This document shows positions 1 through 9,216 of a stretch of DNA of 64,000 nt, one piece after another (within the stretch, counting starts at the first letter, position 1; every line of letters begins with the position of its first letter). Source of the stretch: Nitrospirota bacterium (GTDB lineage Bacteria > Nitrospirota > UBA9217). Location of the stretch: positions 576,001-640,000 of the forward strand of contig CAVVUN010000015.1 of NCBI GenBank assembly GCA_963751455.1. Reading direction: 5' to 3'. Below the pieces are notes generated by a model. The model was not told the DNA's origin, did no database searches, and saw only the letters and a list, made by a program, of their open reading frames with translations. A program made the translations under genes and the position numbers.

Positions 1-207
1 GCACGAAATGCCTACCGCAATTCCCATAACCACTGCAGCCCGTACAAATAAGGTGGGCTCAACTGCACCGCCCATGAGCTTCTGAAGCAGAATCAATGTC
101 CCGTAACTCCCGAAGTAAAACCCCGGCACGATTCCCATTACTACAAACACCAGCCCTCCGATCGTTGCTCCGATCTTCATTCCCGCTTTTACCGTTTCGT
201 TCTTCAT
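1..207 (-). CDS. Small Gly/Ala-rich membrane protein, runs off the window (3' partial); paralog of 287..598
   Basis: Not in ORF track. Manual translation from ATG at 207 with AGGAG RBS gives MKNETVKAGMKIGATIGGLVFVVMGIVPGFYFGSYG...EPTLFVRAAVVMG, which aligns by eye with the neighbouring ORF. Confidence 0.8.
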   Translation of the reverse strand, partial: MKNETVKAGMKIGATIGGLVFVVMGIVPGFYFGSYGTLILLQKLMGGAVEPTLFVRAAVVMGIAVGISC

Positions 208-286
208 GATATTCTCCTCTCCATTTTTTTATTTTTTTATTAGCTCACAAGTGTATCGACACGCCTGACTTATTTTCGCCGAATGA

Positions 287-598
287 CTACTTTTCCTGAC
301 CTGCGGCCATTGCCGGACCCACTGCAGAATCGAGAAGAGAGCCGACAAGACAGCCTGCTGTGGATGATGCCGTCACTATGGTAATTGCAGAAGCAGCCAC
401 GCCGATGAGCATTGATAACAGCACCATGCACCGTGATATGATCCCGGGTTCGAGCGGCAACCCGAAGAGCATGCCCGCAATCTTGATTCCGGCCGCCCCG
501 CCTAAAAGACTGCCCGGAAGAAACCCGAAAACAGCGAAGAGCACCAGGCCCGCCCCTGCACCTACATATGCCCCTTTTCTCGCTATCGTCTTATTCAT
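287..598 (-). CDS. Small Gly/Ala-rich integral membrane protein (103 aa), unknown function
   Basis: Start moved to ATG 598 (GGAGG RBS upstream); hydrophobic segments GAYVGAGAGLVLFAVFGFLPG and MVLLSMLIGVAASAITIV. Confidence 0.8.
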   Translation of the reverse strand: MNKTIARKGAYVGAGAGLVLFAVFGFLPGSLLGGAAGIKIAGMLFGLPLEPGIISRCMVLLSMLIGVAASAITIVTASSTAGCLVGSLLDSAVGPAMAAGQEK

Positions 599-636
599 GA
601 TCACTACCTCCCTTGTCCGTTCTTGCCAAAGTAAAT

Positions 637-653
637 TGCATGCTTCGTGCCAA
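637..653 (-). promoter_or_regulatory. sigma54 (RpoN) -24/-12 promoter
   Basis: Minus strand TTGGCACGAAGCATGCA: GG-N10-GC with canonical TGGCACG, about 40 bp upstream of ATG 598. Confidence 0.8.
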
Positions 654-779
654 AATATAAACTGCTGAATTAACGGGCTTTGGGGTCCAGTAATGATTTG
701 CAAGAGTGAGAAAGAGGACAGGAAAATTATTACGAATGCGAAGAAGGCGGCAGGCGAAAACGGTATAGGAATAAATTTT

Positions 780-946
780 GTAACTATTCAGCTTCTTTTC
801 AGAACGGCATTAAGACAAATCGGAGAAAAAGCCTTCTATCCGCAGATTTCGCAGATGGACGCAGATTTTAAAACCAGAATTCAGGTTTTGTTTTTATCTG
901 CGAAATCTGCGTGATCTGCGGATAAAAAAATGACCTGAGTAGTTAC
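780..946. mobile_element. MITE (167 bp non-autonomous element)
   Basis: 12-bp TIRs GTAACTATTCAG / CTGAGTAGTTAC (1 mismatch); perfect 8-bp flanking direct repeat TAAATTTT at 772-779 and 947-954; internal palindrome of CGCAGAT units at 837-924. Confidence 0.85.
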
Positions 947-1178
947 TAAATTTTTAAAATATTGCGGCTGAGCATGCATAGACAGCTACGCGATGAGCTG
1001 CCCAAAAAACCAAGGATCATGTACGTCATGCCGGGAAGTACAAGATCCTGTCTTTTTTTCTGCACCGCTGTTCTCAGCACCGCGCAGACATGCCAGATTG
1101 TCTTAAGGTCCTGCTTGTCGATTCAGCCACACATAGCGCTGCGCTTCGCTGCGCTATGCACAATACATAGACTCGTCG

Positions 1179-1218
1179 TCGTACCCTCGCACTGAGAAAC
1201 ATGCGAGGGGAATCAAGG
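1179..1218. repeat. Dispersed hairpin repeat, copy 1 (copy 2 at 39348-39385)
   Basis: TCGTACCCTC-gca-CTGAGA-aaca-tgc-GAGGGGAATCAAGG. Confidence 0.65.
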
Positions 1219-1388
1219 ACCGCATACATGATTCGTGGGTTGTCGACGCTGCTGCCGGTCATGGTAATGCGCGGATGCGTTCACGTCCTGCTCTCGCGCT
1301 ACGCACTCGAAGGCGCTGGGTGCAGGCGGGATGCAGGGGGTTCTGGCAAAGGTAAGGGGAATGGCTTAGATAGAAGCGCATAGCGCAA

Positions 1389-2393
1389 TCATAAGGGCAT
1401 CGTTGCGCGGGGATTAAGATCCAGACCGGAGCGCTCACCACAGCGGTAACGATGGTACCCGGCGAGGGCGATCATGGCCGCGTTGTCTATACAAAAACTC
1501 AAGCTCGGAAGATAGAGTGATATGGCATGCAGCTCAGTCTCGTGCTTCATCCTGCTCCTGAGCAGGCTGTTTGCCGCGACCCCGCCCGCGATAACGATGC
1601 GGTCGGCACCGGTGTCCTTGGCCGCCTGGATCGTCTTCTTTACCAGCGTGTCCACAACGGCCGCCTGAAAACTTGCCGCCACATCCCGTATATTCAGTGT
1701 GGGATCGAGGCCTTTGTCCCTGCTCTTAAAGATTGCAACATGATTCCGGACCGCGGTCTTAAGGCCGCTGAAGCTGAAATCGAAGCCTTCAAGCTGTCCG
1801 CGCGGAAATTTTACCGCACCCGGATTTCCCTCCCGCGCAAGGCCATCGAGGATGGGGCCGCCCGGATAGTCAAGGTCGAGGAGCTTCGCAACTTTATCGT
1901 ATGCTTCGCCTGCGGCGTCATCACGCGTCTGTCCAAGCATAGTATACTGTCCGAAACCATTTACCAGGTACAATGCTGTATGGCCGCCTGAAACAAGCAG
2001 TGCCACATAGGGATGCCCGATGCCGGGATATTCGATGTGTGCGGCGAGGATATGGCCTTCGCCGTGGTGCACCCCGATAAAGGGAATTTCGAGCGCATAC
2101 GAGAGCGCCTTTGCAGCCGAGACACCGACCAGCAGCGCGCCGATCAGCCCCGGCGTGTACGTTACCGCAATCAAATCGATATGCTCTAGCGATACTGTTG
2201 CGGAATCGAGTGCCTCCCGAATGACGGGCACGATATTTTTCAGATGTTCCCGCGATGCCAGCTCGGGCACCACGCCGCCGTATTTTTTGTGTACGTCTGT
2301 TTGAGACGACACGATGCTGGAGAGGACGATGTCGTTACGGAGCACGGCGGCAGCGGTTTCGTCGCAGGAGGTTTCTATTCCTAGAATAAGCAT
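1389..2393 (-). CDS. tsaD: tRNA N6-adenosine threonylcarbamoyltransferase
   Basis: ILGIETSCDET, GGVVPELASREH, HHGEGH metal site, LVSGGHT, DDAAGEAYDK, DNAAMIA; start at ATG 2393. Confidence 0.97.
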   Translation of the reverse strand: MLILGIETSCDETAAAVLRNDIVLSSIVSSQTDVHKKYGGVVPELASREHLKNIVPVIREALDSATVSLEHIDLIAVTYTPGLIGALLVGVSAAKALSYALEIPFIGVHHGEGHILAAHIEYPGIGHPYVALLVSGGHTALYLVNGFGQYTMLGQTRDDAAGEAYDKVAKLLDLDYPGGPILDGLAREGNPGAVKFPRGQLEGFDFSFSGLKTAVRNHVAIFKSRDKGLDPTLNIRDVAASFQAAVVDTLVKKTIQAAKDTGADRIVIAGGVAANSLLRSRMKHETELHAISLYLPSLSFCIDNAAMIALAGYHRYRCGERSGLDLNPRATMPL

Positions 2394-2502
2394 TTTTTTC
2401 CTTAAGGCAGGGTATCTGATGCCGGAACGAGACACCACGGGGCCTGTGAAGAATCTGCCGCGACGTTCTCCCTAACGCCCTGTCACAGCGTCTCAGGGTC
2501 CG

Positions 2503-3372
2503 CTACTGCATCAGTTTCGAAAGCGGCACGATCTCGATGCCTTGCTCCGGTGCTGAAGCCAGCCATTTCCGAAGGGCGCTTATCGTTGCCGGATGCGGAT
2601 GGCCTATGCCGATCGACCGGCCGTGTTCTTTCGCGAGGCGGGCCAGCTCTTCAAGCTGTTTACCGATGTATTCCTCGTTGTCACCCTCATTATCGAGAAA
2701 TACATCCCGCCTGGCCGCACGAAGGCCGAACTCTTTCGCGGTTGCATAGGCCACGCTTTTTGGAGACGTGAGACTGTCAAGGAACAGGAGGTCACGGGTC
2801 TTGAGCTCGGCCATGAGGAACTTCATTGCCTCCTTGTTCTCGGTAAGGGAAGATCCTTCATGGTTGTTTACGCCGATTGCATTCGGAACGGATCGTACAT
2901 CTTCGCTGAAGGTGTTTAAAAAATCCATCGGCGTCATGTTCGCACGGAGCATGCCAGGGGCCGGCTTTCCGTTTCTGCCCCTATGTTCCATGGGAAGGTG
3001 GAGAAGCAGTTCGCCGTTTTTCTGCCTGATGAGCGCTGCGACCGTCTGCGATTGAGGCAGGCCGGGCATGACCGCGAACGTGAGCCGGCCGGGAAGCGAA
3101 AGGATCTCCCGCGCCGACTTCAAGTCCTGTCCGAGGTCGTCGATGACGATCGCTACCCGGGCGTCCGGCTTCCCGGTCTTTTCCGACGCAGCCTCCGATT
3201 TTTTCGGCGGCTGGGCGGTCCTTTTTGCATCGGGGCTGTATTGCCGCAGCGGTCCCCATAGAATCAGCCCGATTACGACGAGGCAGATTACGATGCCGGC
3301 GAGCACGAAGCGTTCATAGCTGCCGCCCTTGCTTTTTGATTTTCCTTTTGCGGACTGTTCCTTTTTTGCCAT
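2503..3372 (-). CDS. Divergent polysaccharide deacetylase family protein (YibQ-like), N-terminally membrane anchored
   Basis: AIVIDDLG, LLHLPME, GVNNHEGS, FLDS, RDVFLDN, IGIGHPHP motifs; N-terminal TM helix. Confidence 0.9.
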   Translation of the reverse strand: MAKKEQSAKGKSKSKGGSYERFVLAGIVICLVVIGLILWGPLRQYSPDAKRTAQPPKKSEAASEKTGKPDARVAIVIDDLGQDLKSAREILSLPGRLTFAVMPGLPQSQTVAALIRQKNGELLLHLPMEHRGRNGKPAPGMLRANMTPMDFLNTFSEDVRSVPNAIGVNNHEGSSLTENKEAMKFLMAELKTRDLLFLDSLTSPKSVAYATAKEFGLRAARRDVFLDNEGDNEEYIGKQLEELARLAKEHGRSIGIGHPHPATISALRKWLASAPEQGIEIVPLSKLMQ

Positions 3373-3603
3373 GGCAAGCCTTTATACAATATCGCAGGCA
3401 AAAAAACCAGAGGATTTTACAGTTCAGCGGCGACTTTCTCGGATATCACTTTGAGCGCGGCATGCGGTGGCCGCGCAATCCGGTCGGTATAGAGCACTGT
3501 AAACCACAGACCTTAGAGACGCTATATTATCTAAAGTTAAAATATAATATCTTATCATAGTTATGATTTTCCTCAATACCCCGAAAATACCCTGCCAAGG
3601 AGA

Positions 3604-3632
3604 TTGACAACCTAAACGAAAAAAACTATAGT
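3604..3632 (+). promoter_or_regulatory. sigma70-type promoter
   Basis: TTGACA-17 bp-TATAGT. Confidence 0.6.
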
Positions 3633-3947
3633 CGCCTTTGCCTGTGATTCCTAAGTATTCGATTTATTTAAAGTTACTTATTGTTATAACTAAAAAAAAC
3701 TGTCGCAGTAGCGAGCATGCTGCTGTCATCCTGCTTTCACAACTTGCCGGAATCAAACAACTTGTTAATAGACTATGTTTTACGCCTGCATAATCCCGGT
3801 CGCATCGGCCTAAGATGGCCCCTGATCATGTTTCTCCGATCTACGATGCCCGTTTGATAAAACGTATTCTTCAAATCGCAATGCCTTCCTGGCCCTTGTC
3901 TGTTTAAACGACAGGATAAAAACGGCGGGCAATTGCAAGGGGAGATT

Positions 3948-4111
3948 ATGAGCAGGCAAGAGGATGTTTGTCTTATTCAGAACTGTCTGGAAGGCGCCGA
4001 CGACGCAGGCTGGGACTCATTTGTAAGAACGTATTCCCGGCTTATCTGGCATTCGATCCAGAAGACTTTTTTGACCCACTCCTTTCTTTTCAGCCGCGAA
4101 GATGTTGAAGA
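3948..4111 (+). pseudogene. N-terminal fragment of an ECF sigma factor
   Basis: GGAG RBS; EDVCLIQNCLEG..AGWDSFVRTYSRLIW...EDVED resembles ECF region 2 start; similarity stops just before a palindromic element. Confidence 0.6.
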
Positions 4112-4134
4112 TAAAAGATCAGGAACCACGAATG

Positions 4135-4302
4135 AACCTAAAAACGGCATTTGAACACGGATGAACACGGAAACAGCGGATCAAAACAATGTGATAGAGC
4201 AAAAAGCCATCTCGCCTTTTGGGTGAATCCATTACTGTTCGTAACTTCCTATAAATCCGTGTTGATCAGATTTTATCCGTGTCCAACTGCTTTTTTCAGG
4301 AT
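4135..4302. repeat. Palindromic miniature element (ACACGG / CCGTGT units)
   Basis: TTGAACACGGATGAACACGGA...ATCCGTGTTGATC...ATCCGTGTCCAA; outer imperfect ends AACCTAAAAA / TTTTCAGGAT. Confidence 0.6.
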
Positions 4303-4587
4303 GAAACCGATGCCGGAGTCGTGACTCCTTCCGGTGTTGCAGGTTCCGGTTCCTACGCTATAGCTGTGTACACGGCGGCATCCGGAACGTTGTCCGGGCA
4401 GGTGCGGATTCTGGTTGCGAGCGGAAGCGGGTTTATGACCAGTGAGTTCTGCAGTATGAACGGCGATATAGCTACGGGTCACTCCCCGAAAAACTCTGAC
4501 TTCAGCCTTGTAAATTTTTCCGCATCCGACGCGAACGGAAACGTCATAAGCGGATTGATTCCAGAATACGTAGCCGATATTCAGTAA
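4303..4587 (+). pseudogene. Probable C-terminal fragment of an exported beta-rich protein
   Basis: Gly/Ser/Ala-rich beta-like reading frame with no credible start or RBS outside the repeat element. Confidence 0.4.
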
Positions 4588-4670
4588 GTGTCTTTATCTG
4601 CATTGATCGATTTTTTCCGCGACCTAATCCCAAATTATTCCCAAACCCTTTTCAAACATCTTTTTTTGGC

Positions 4671-4699
4671 TTGACTTGATGCTGATCGGCTTTTATACT
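4671..4699 (+). promoter_or_regulatory. sigma70-type promoter of DAHP synthase
   Basis: TTGACT-17 bp-TATACT followed by GGAGG RBS. Confidence 0.65.
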
Positions 4700-4733
4700 G
4701 CGTCTTGTTCGATACAGAGGAGGTTTTTGACTG

Positions 4734-5762
4734 ATGAGCTTTGAATACGTCCGGGAGATTCCGCAGCCCGATGAAATTCTTGCGGCAATGCCGCTCTCTT
4801 CCGATCTTATTGACGCGAAGAAAAAGCGGGACCTGGACATAAAGGCCGCTTTTACCGGAGAGGCGAACAAACTGCTTCTTGTCATAGGGCCCTGTTCAGC
4901 CCACGACGAGGAAGCTGTGTGCGATTACATATCGAGGCTTGCGCGGGTCCAGGCAGAGGTGAAGGAAAAGATCATTATCATTCCAAGAATCTATACAAAC
5001 AAGCCGCGCACCACCGGGATCGGATACAAGGGCATGGCGCACCAGCCGAAACTTGATGAAGCGCCGAACATAGTCGAAGGCATAAAGGCCATCAGGAAGA
5101 TGCACCTGCGCGCCTTAAAGGAATCACATCTTCCGGCTGCCGATGAAATGCTCTACCCGGGGAACTTTCCGTACCTCGAGGATGTCCTGAGCTATGTCGC
5201 TGTCGGGGCGCGCTCTGTTGAAAACCAGGCCCACCGGCTGACGTGCAGCGGGCTCGACATTCCGGCAGGAATGAAGAATCCGACATCCGGAGACAATGAG
5301 GTGACGCTCAACTCGATCCAGGCAGCGCAGGCGCCGCATGTCTTCAGCTATAACCGCTGGGAGGTCAAGACCTCGGGCAATCCTCTTGCGCACGCTGTTC
5401 TGCGCGGCGCCATCGATTATCACGGGCTGTCCGTTCCCAACTATCACTATGAAGACCTGCAGATGTTCGCTGAATCGTACCAGAAACGGGGCCTTGCCAA
5501 TCCGGCGATCATCGTTGACACAAACCATGCGAATTCGAATAAGAAATACGCCGAGCAGCCCCGTATCGCCATGGAAGTAATGCAAAGCCGCCGGCATTCG
5601 AAACTGCTGCAGACCATGATCAAGGGCTTTATGATCGAGAGCTTCATCGAGGAGGGCGCCCAAAAGGTCACTGAGGAAGTCTACGGCAAATCGATCACCG
5701 ATCCCTGCCTCGGGTGGAAGGATTCCGAGAAACTGATCAGGGAACTGGCGGGAATGGTGTAG
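4734..5762 (+). CDS. 3-deoxy-7-phosphoheptulonate (DAHP) synthase, class I-alpha (AroF/G/H family)
   Basis: VIGPCSAHD, KPRTT, VGARS, GMKNPTSG, DTNHANS, MIESF, YGKSITDPCLGW. Confidence 0.95.
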   Translation: MSFEYVREIPQPDEILAAMPLSSDLIDAKKKRDLDIKAAFTGEANKLLLVIGPCSAHDEEAVCDYISRLARVQAEVKEKIIIIPRIYTNKPRTTGIGYKGMAHQPKLDEAPNIVEGIKAIRKMHLRALKESHLPAADEMLYPGNFPYLEDVLSYVAVGARSVENQAHRLTCSGLDIPAGMKNPTSGDNEVTLNSIQAAQAPHVFSYNRWEVKTSGNPLAHAVLRGAIDYHGLSVPNYHYEDLQMFAESYQKRGLANPAIIVDTNHANSNKKYAEQPRIAMEVMQSRRHSKLLQTMIKGFMIESFIEEGAQKVTEEVYGKSITDPCLGWKDSEKLIRELAGMV

Positions 5763-5765
5763 AAC

Positions 5766-5852
5766 CGCATAGCGCATGGAGCATGGCGTATGGAGTATAG
5801 AAGCGCAAAGTGCATAGACAGGATTTTAACGCTATACGCTCTGCCCTATGCT
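5766..5852. repeat. Inverted arrays of degenerate 7-mers
   Basis: CGCATAG CGCATGG AGCATGG CGTATGG AGTATAG ... CTATACG CTCTGCC CTATGCT. Confidence 0.7.
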
Positions 5853-5865
5853 CTTTTCCACACTT

Positions 5866-6495
5866 ATGGATCTCTTTGACGCGATTCACAACAGAAAAAG
5901 CATCCGCCGGTTCAAGCGGACTCCCGTGCCTGACGAGGACCTAAAAAAGATTGTCGACGCCGCGAGATGGGCACCGAGTGCGAACAATACCCAGCCCTGG
6001 AGCTTTATCGTGATCAGGGACCGGTCTGTTCTTAAGAGCATGGCAGACGCCGTGCGGGAAATGATAGACCGCATGATACCGTTTGCGGACAGCGAGAAAC
6101 AGGCGCAGCGGCTTGCGGCATACAAGAGCAACTATTACACATTTTTCGAGAATGCACCGGTCGTGATCGCTGTCTGCATGGAAGCGTACGATGCAGGTAC
6201 GGATCTTCTGCTTGCCAGAATGGGATATACGCCCGAGCAGGCCAGGAGACTAAGGCCTTTGCCGGGCCTCCAAAGCGTTTCAGCTGCTGTCCAGAACATG
6301 CTCCTGGCGATCCATGCCCTCGGATACGGCTCGTGCTGGATGACGGGGCCGCTCGTGGCCCAGGAAGCGTTCGAAAAGCTTTTAGGTTTCGGAAAAGATA
6401 AATCTATTGCGGCACTGTTGCCGGTGGGTGTTCCGGACGAAAACCCTCTTGCGAGGAGCAGGAAAGATTTGGATGAGCTTGTAAGGTTTGTTTGA
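5866..6495 (+). CDS. Nitroreductase family protein
   Basis: RKSIRRF, APSANNTQPW, QNMLLAIHALGYGSCW; start probably ATG 5866, since ATG 5848 lies in the repeat. Confidence 0.92.
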   Translation: MDLFDAIHNRKSIRRFKRTPVPDEDLKKIVDAARWAPSANNTQPWSFIVIRDRSVLKSMADAVREMIDRMIPFADSEKQAQRLAAYKSNYYTFFENAPVVIAVCMEAYDAGTDLLLARMGYTPEQARRLRPLPGLQSVSAAVQNMLLAIHALGYGSCWMTGPLVAQEAFEKLLGFGKDKSIAALLPVGVPDENPLARSRKDLDELVRFV

Positions 6496-6506
6496 GCAGT
6501 GGGGGT

Positions 6507-6569
6507 GTGTCAGAGCGTCAGAGTTTCGGAGTGTCAGAGAAAAACTTTGACACTGTGACTCTTTGATAC
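6507..6569. repeat. Inverted arrays of degenerate 8-mers between convergent genes
   Basis: GTGTCAGA GCGTCAGA GTTTCGGA GTGTCAGA ... TTTGACAC TGTGACTC TTTGATAC. Confidence 0.7.
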
Positions 6570-6575
6570 TGATTT

Positions 6576-7817
6576 TCAGGCTGTTTTTTTCTCGAGTTCC
6601 TCTTCTCTCAGTTCGGTCCCTTTTGCAATTACAACAATTCCTGACGGTGTTACCTCATAACGTTTTTTATCTTCCTCCAGATTATATCCGATTTCGGTCC
6701 CTGGGGGAATCGTCACGTCCTTGTCAATAATGGCTTTTCGAATCCTGCAGTGTCTGCCGATCTCGACGTTTTCCATGAGGATGGAATCATGGACTTCGCT
6801 GTAGCTGTTAACCCGCACGTTGGGTGAAAGCACGGAATTATACACCTGGCCGCCGCTTATAATGCAGCCGTGGGCCACTATCGAATCAAGCGCCATGCCG
6901 AGCCGTCCCCCCTTCTCCTGCTGCGCGAAAACAAATTTCGCGGGCGGGTTCTGTCCCTGGTATGTCCGTATCGGCCATGCCTTGTCGTAGAGGTTCAGCA
7001 GCGGGTCGACGCTGACCAGGTCCATATTCGCCTCCCAGTAAGCGTCGATGGTGCCTACGTCGCGCCAATACTTCGCGGCCTTCTTGTTCTCATCCTCGAA
7101 GTTGTAGGCATAAACCCGGTCGGTCTTCATCATATGTGGAATAATATTTTTTCCGAAGTCGTGGGCCGTGTCCCTGAGCGCGTCGAATTCGAGATGCTCA
7201 ATGGCTTTTTTTGTATTGAAAAGATAGACGCCCATCGAGGCGAAGGCCAGGTCGGACCGGCCGGGAATCGGTTTCGGACTTTTCGGTTTTTCCTCGAAGC
7301 CGATGACCCGATAGTCCTTGTCCACCTCTATTACCCCGAACGAGGATGCTGTTGCCCTCGGTATTTCAAGGGCTGCAACAGTGGCATCGGCGTTCTTTTC
7401 CTGATGAAAGCGGAACATCTCCGAATAGTCCATCTTGTAAATATGGTCCCCGGCAAGGACCATAAGGTGGTCCGGCGCGTCTTTTTCGATCATATAGATG
7501 TTCTGGTAAATCGCATCCGCGGTCCCCTGGTACCATTTGTCTCCGACGCGCTGCTGGGGAGGTACGGAAATTATGTATTCATTCAATTCTCCGGAAAAAA
7601 AATTCCAGGCGAGCCGTAAATGCTTGTCGAGCGAAAGGGATTTATACTGGGGAAGGACCGCAATCTTCCGGATACCGGAATTGATGCAATTTGAAAGAGT
7701 GAAATCAATAATTCTGTAGATTCCTCCAAACGGGACAGCCGGTTTTGCGCGGTGGATGGTCAGCGGATGCAGCCGTTCGCCCTTGCCGCCTGCCAGAATC
7801 ATTGCCAGAATGCTCAT
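6576..7817 (-). CDS. glgC: Glucose-1-phosphate adenylyltransferase
   Basis: LAGGKGERL, RAKPAVPFGG, WYQGTADA, GDHIYKMDY, FEEKP, SMGVY, YWRDVGT. Confidence 0.97.
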   Translation of the reverse strand: MSILAMILAGGKGERLHPLTIHRAKPAVPFGGIYRIIDFTLSNCINSGIRKIAVLPQYKSLSLDKHLRLAWNFFSGELNEYIISVPPQQRVGDKWYQGTADAIYQNIYMIEKDAPDHLMVLAGDHIYKMDYSEMFRFHQEKNADATVAALEIPRATASSFGVIEVDKDYRVIGFEEKPKSPKPIPGRSDLAFASMGVYLFNTKKAIEHLEFDALRDTAHDFGKNIIPHMMKTDRVYAYNFEDENKKAAKYWRDVGTIDAYWEANMDLVSVDPLLNLYDKAWPIRTYQGQNPPAKFVFAQQEKGGRLGMALDSIVAHGCIISGGQVYNSVLSPNVRVNSYSEVHDSILMENVEIGRHCRIRKAIIDKDVTIPPGTEIGYNLEEDKKRYEVTPSGIVVIAKGTELREEELEKKTA

Positions 7818-8361
7818 TCGTTCTCTTCTCCTTCATTGCTGATCAAAACAGACAGCCAAATTAATAATAGCAGGAGGTTATGAGCCTGTCAAACTCGTAA
7901 TGTCTGACCGGAGAAAAGAAATTGCGACAAAGAATTATCTAAAAGAGTCATGATAAGCTTCAATACAGAACAATGATTACGGGTAAGAAAAAGATGCAGT
8001 ATGGCTCGCTGGATAAGCCGTATTGAAAATGGATCTCTGCATAGTACTCCTTATCAAGAAGAAAATCCTCAAGCTTACGGTTGCCAAAGCATGCAACGAT
8101 GTTTCATTTTTTTCTTTCATTCATCAGGAAAATAGTGTAAATTGTTACCGATTGTAGCATGTATCCTTCCAAAACAATGAAATCCTTTTTTGAACGTAGT
8201 ATTTTGCAGTGATCGATCATAACAGACGTGGTCTTTCAACAAGTTCATTACCTGTTACACCCATGCATTATTAACAGGAGTAAGATCAGGGTACGTGATG
8301 TGCATGAATCCATATCCTAAAGGGGCGAGCAGCAGTCAGGGCTGCCGCAGAAGGAACGATT

Positions 8362-9213
8362 ATGCCAAAAATTCTGGAAAAAAGATTGCTTCGGAAACCG
8401 GATGTTTTTTATTTCAAGGTCGCTGCACCGCTTATTTCAAAGAAGGCAAAGCCCGGACAGTTTGTCATTCTTCGGCTCCACTCAAAAGGTGAGCGGATCC
8501 CCATTTCGCTTGCGGATATAAATCCGGCGGAGGGGACCATCAGCCTGATCGTCATGGCCGTGGGCAAGACCACCACCGAGATGTCGCTGATGAAAACGGG
8601 CGATGAGATACTCGATCTCTGCGGACCACTGGGCAATCCGACGCACATCGATCATGCCGGTAAAGTGATTGTTGTCGGCGGCGGTTTCGGGGTTGCCCCG
8701 CTCTATCCTATTGCGCGAGCTTTCAAGGCCAAAGGCAATGAGGTCGTCTGTGTCATGGGCGCCCGATCCAAAGATCTCCTGATCTACGAGAAAGAAATGG
8801 AAGAGGTCTGCAGCAAGGTTCTTGTTTCAACCGACGATGGAAGCAAGGGAATGAAGGGTGTCGTGACCGAAGCGCTCCGTCAGGAGCTTGAGAAGGGCGG
8901 TACCGGCCTTGTTGTCACGGTCGGTCCGGCGATCATGATGAAGTTTGTATCCGAGACGACTCGCCCCTTCGGCGTGAAAACTATGGTGAGCCTCAACCCC
9001 ATCATGGTCGACGGCACAGGGATGTGCGGCGGATGTCGCGTTACTGTTGGCGGCCAGACCCTCTTCGCCTGTACTGACGGTCCTGAATTCGACGGGCACC
9101 AGGTCAACTGGGACATCCTCATGACCCGGCAAAAATCCTATACCCCGGAACAGCGGGAATCCTTTGAATCATGGAAGCAGCGGCACGCGGGCGTGCTCTG
9201 CGAACGGGGGTAA
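8362..9213 (+). CDS. nfnA: NADH-dependent reduced ferredoxin:NADP+ oxidoreductase small subunit
   Basis: PGQFV, GERIPIS, GPLG, GGGFGVAP, and Asp-ligated [2Fe-2S] motif MVDGTGMCGGCRV...CTDGPEF. Confidence 0.9.
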   Translation: MPKILEKRLLRKPDVFYFKVAAPLISKKAKPGQFVILRLHSKGERIPISLADINPAEGTISLIVMAVGKTTTEMSLMKTGDEILDLCGPLGNPTHIDHAGKVIVVGGGFGVAPLYPIARAFKAKGNEVVCVMGARSKDLLIYEKEMEEVCSKVLVSTDDGSKGMKGVVTEALRQELEKGGTGLVVTVGPAIMMKFVSETTRPFGVKTMVSLNPIMVDGTGMCGGCRVTVGGQTLFACTDGPEFDGHQVNWDILMTRQKSYTPEQRESFESWKQRHAGVLCERG

Positions 9214-9216
9214 GCC

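Noticed and set aside
693-1441. Short ORFs at 693-914, 962-1195, 1074-1262, 1201-1383 and 1259-1441
   Set aside because: They overlap the MITE and hairpin region; no RBS or recognisable protein pattern.
8281-8350. Possible c-di-GMP-I riboswitch before nfnA (CAGTCAGGGCTGCCG)
   Set aside because: Only the 3' end resembles the motif; the 5' GGCAAAC/GAAA/GCAAA elements are absent.
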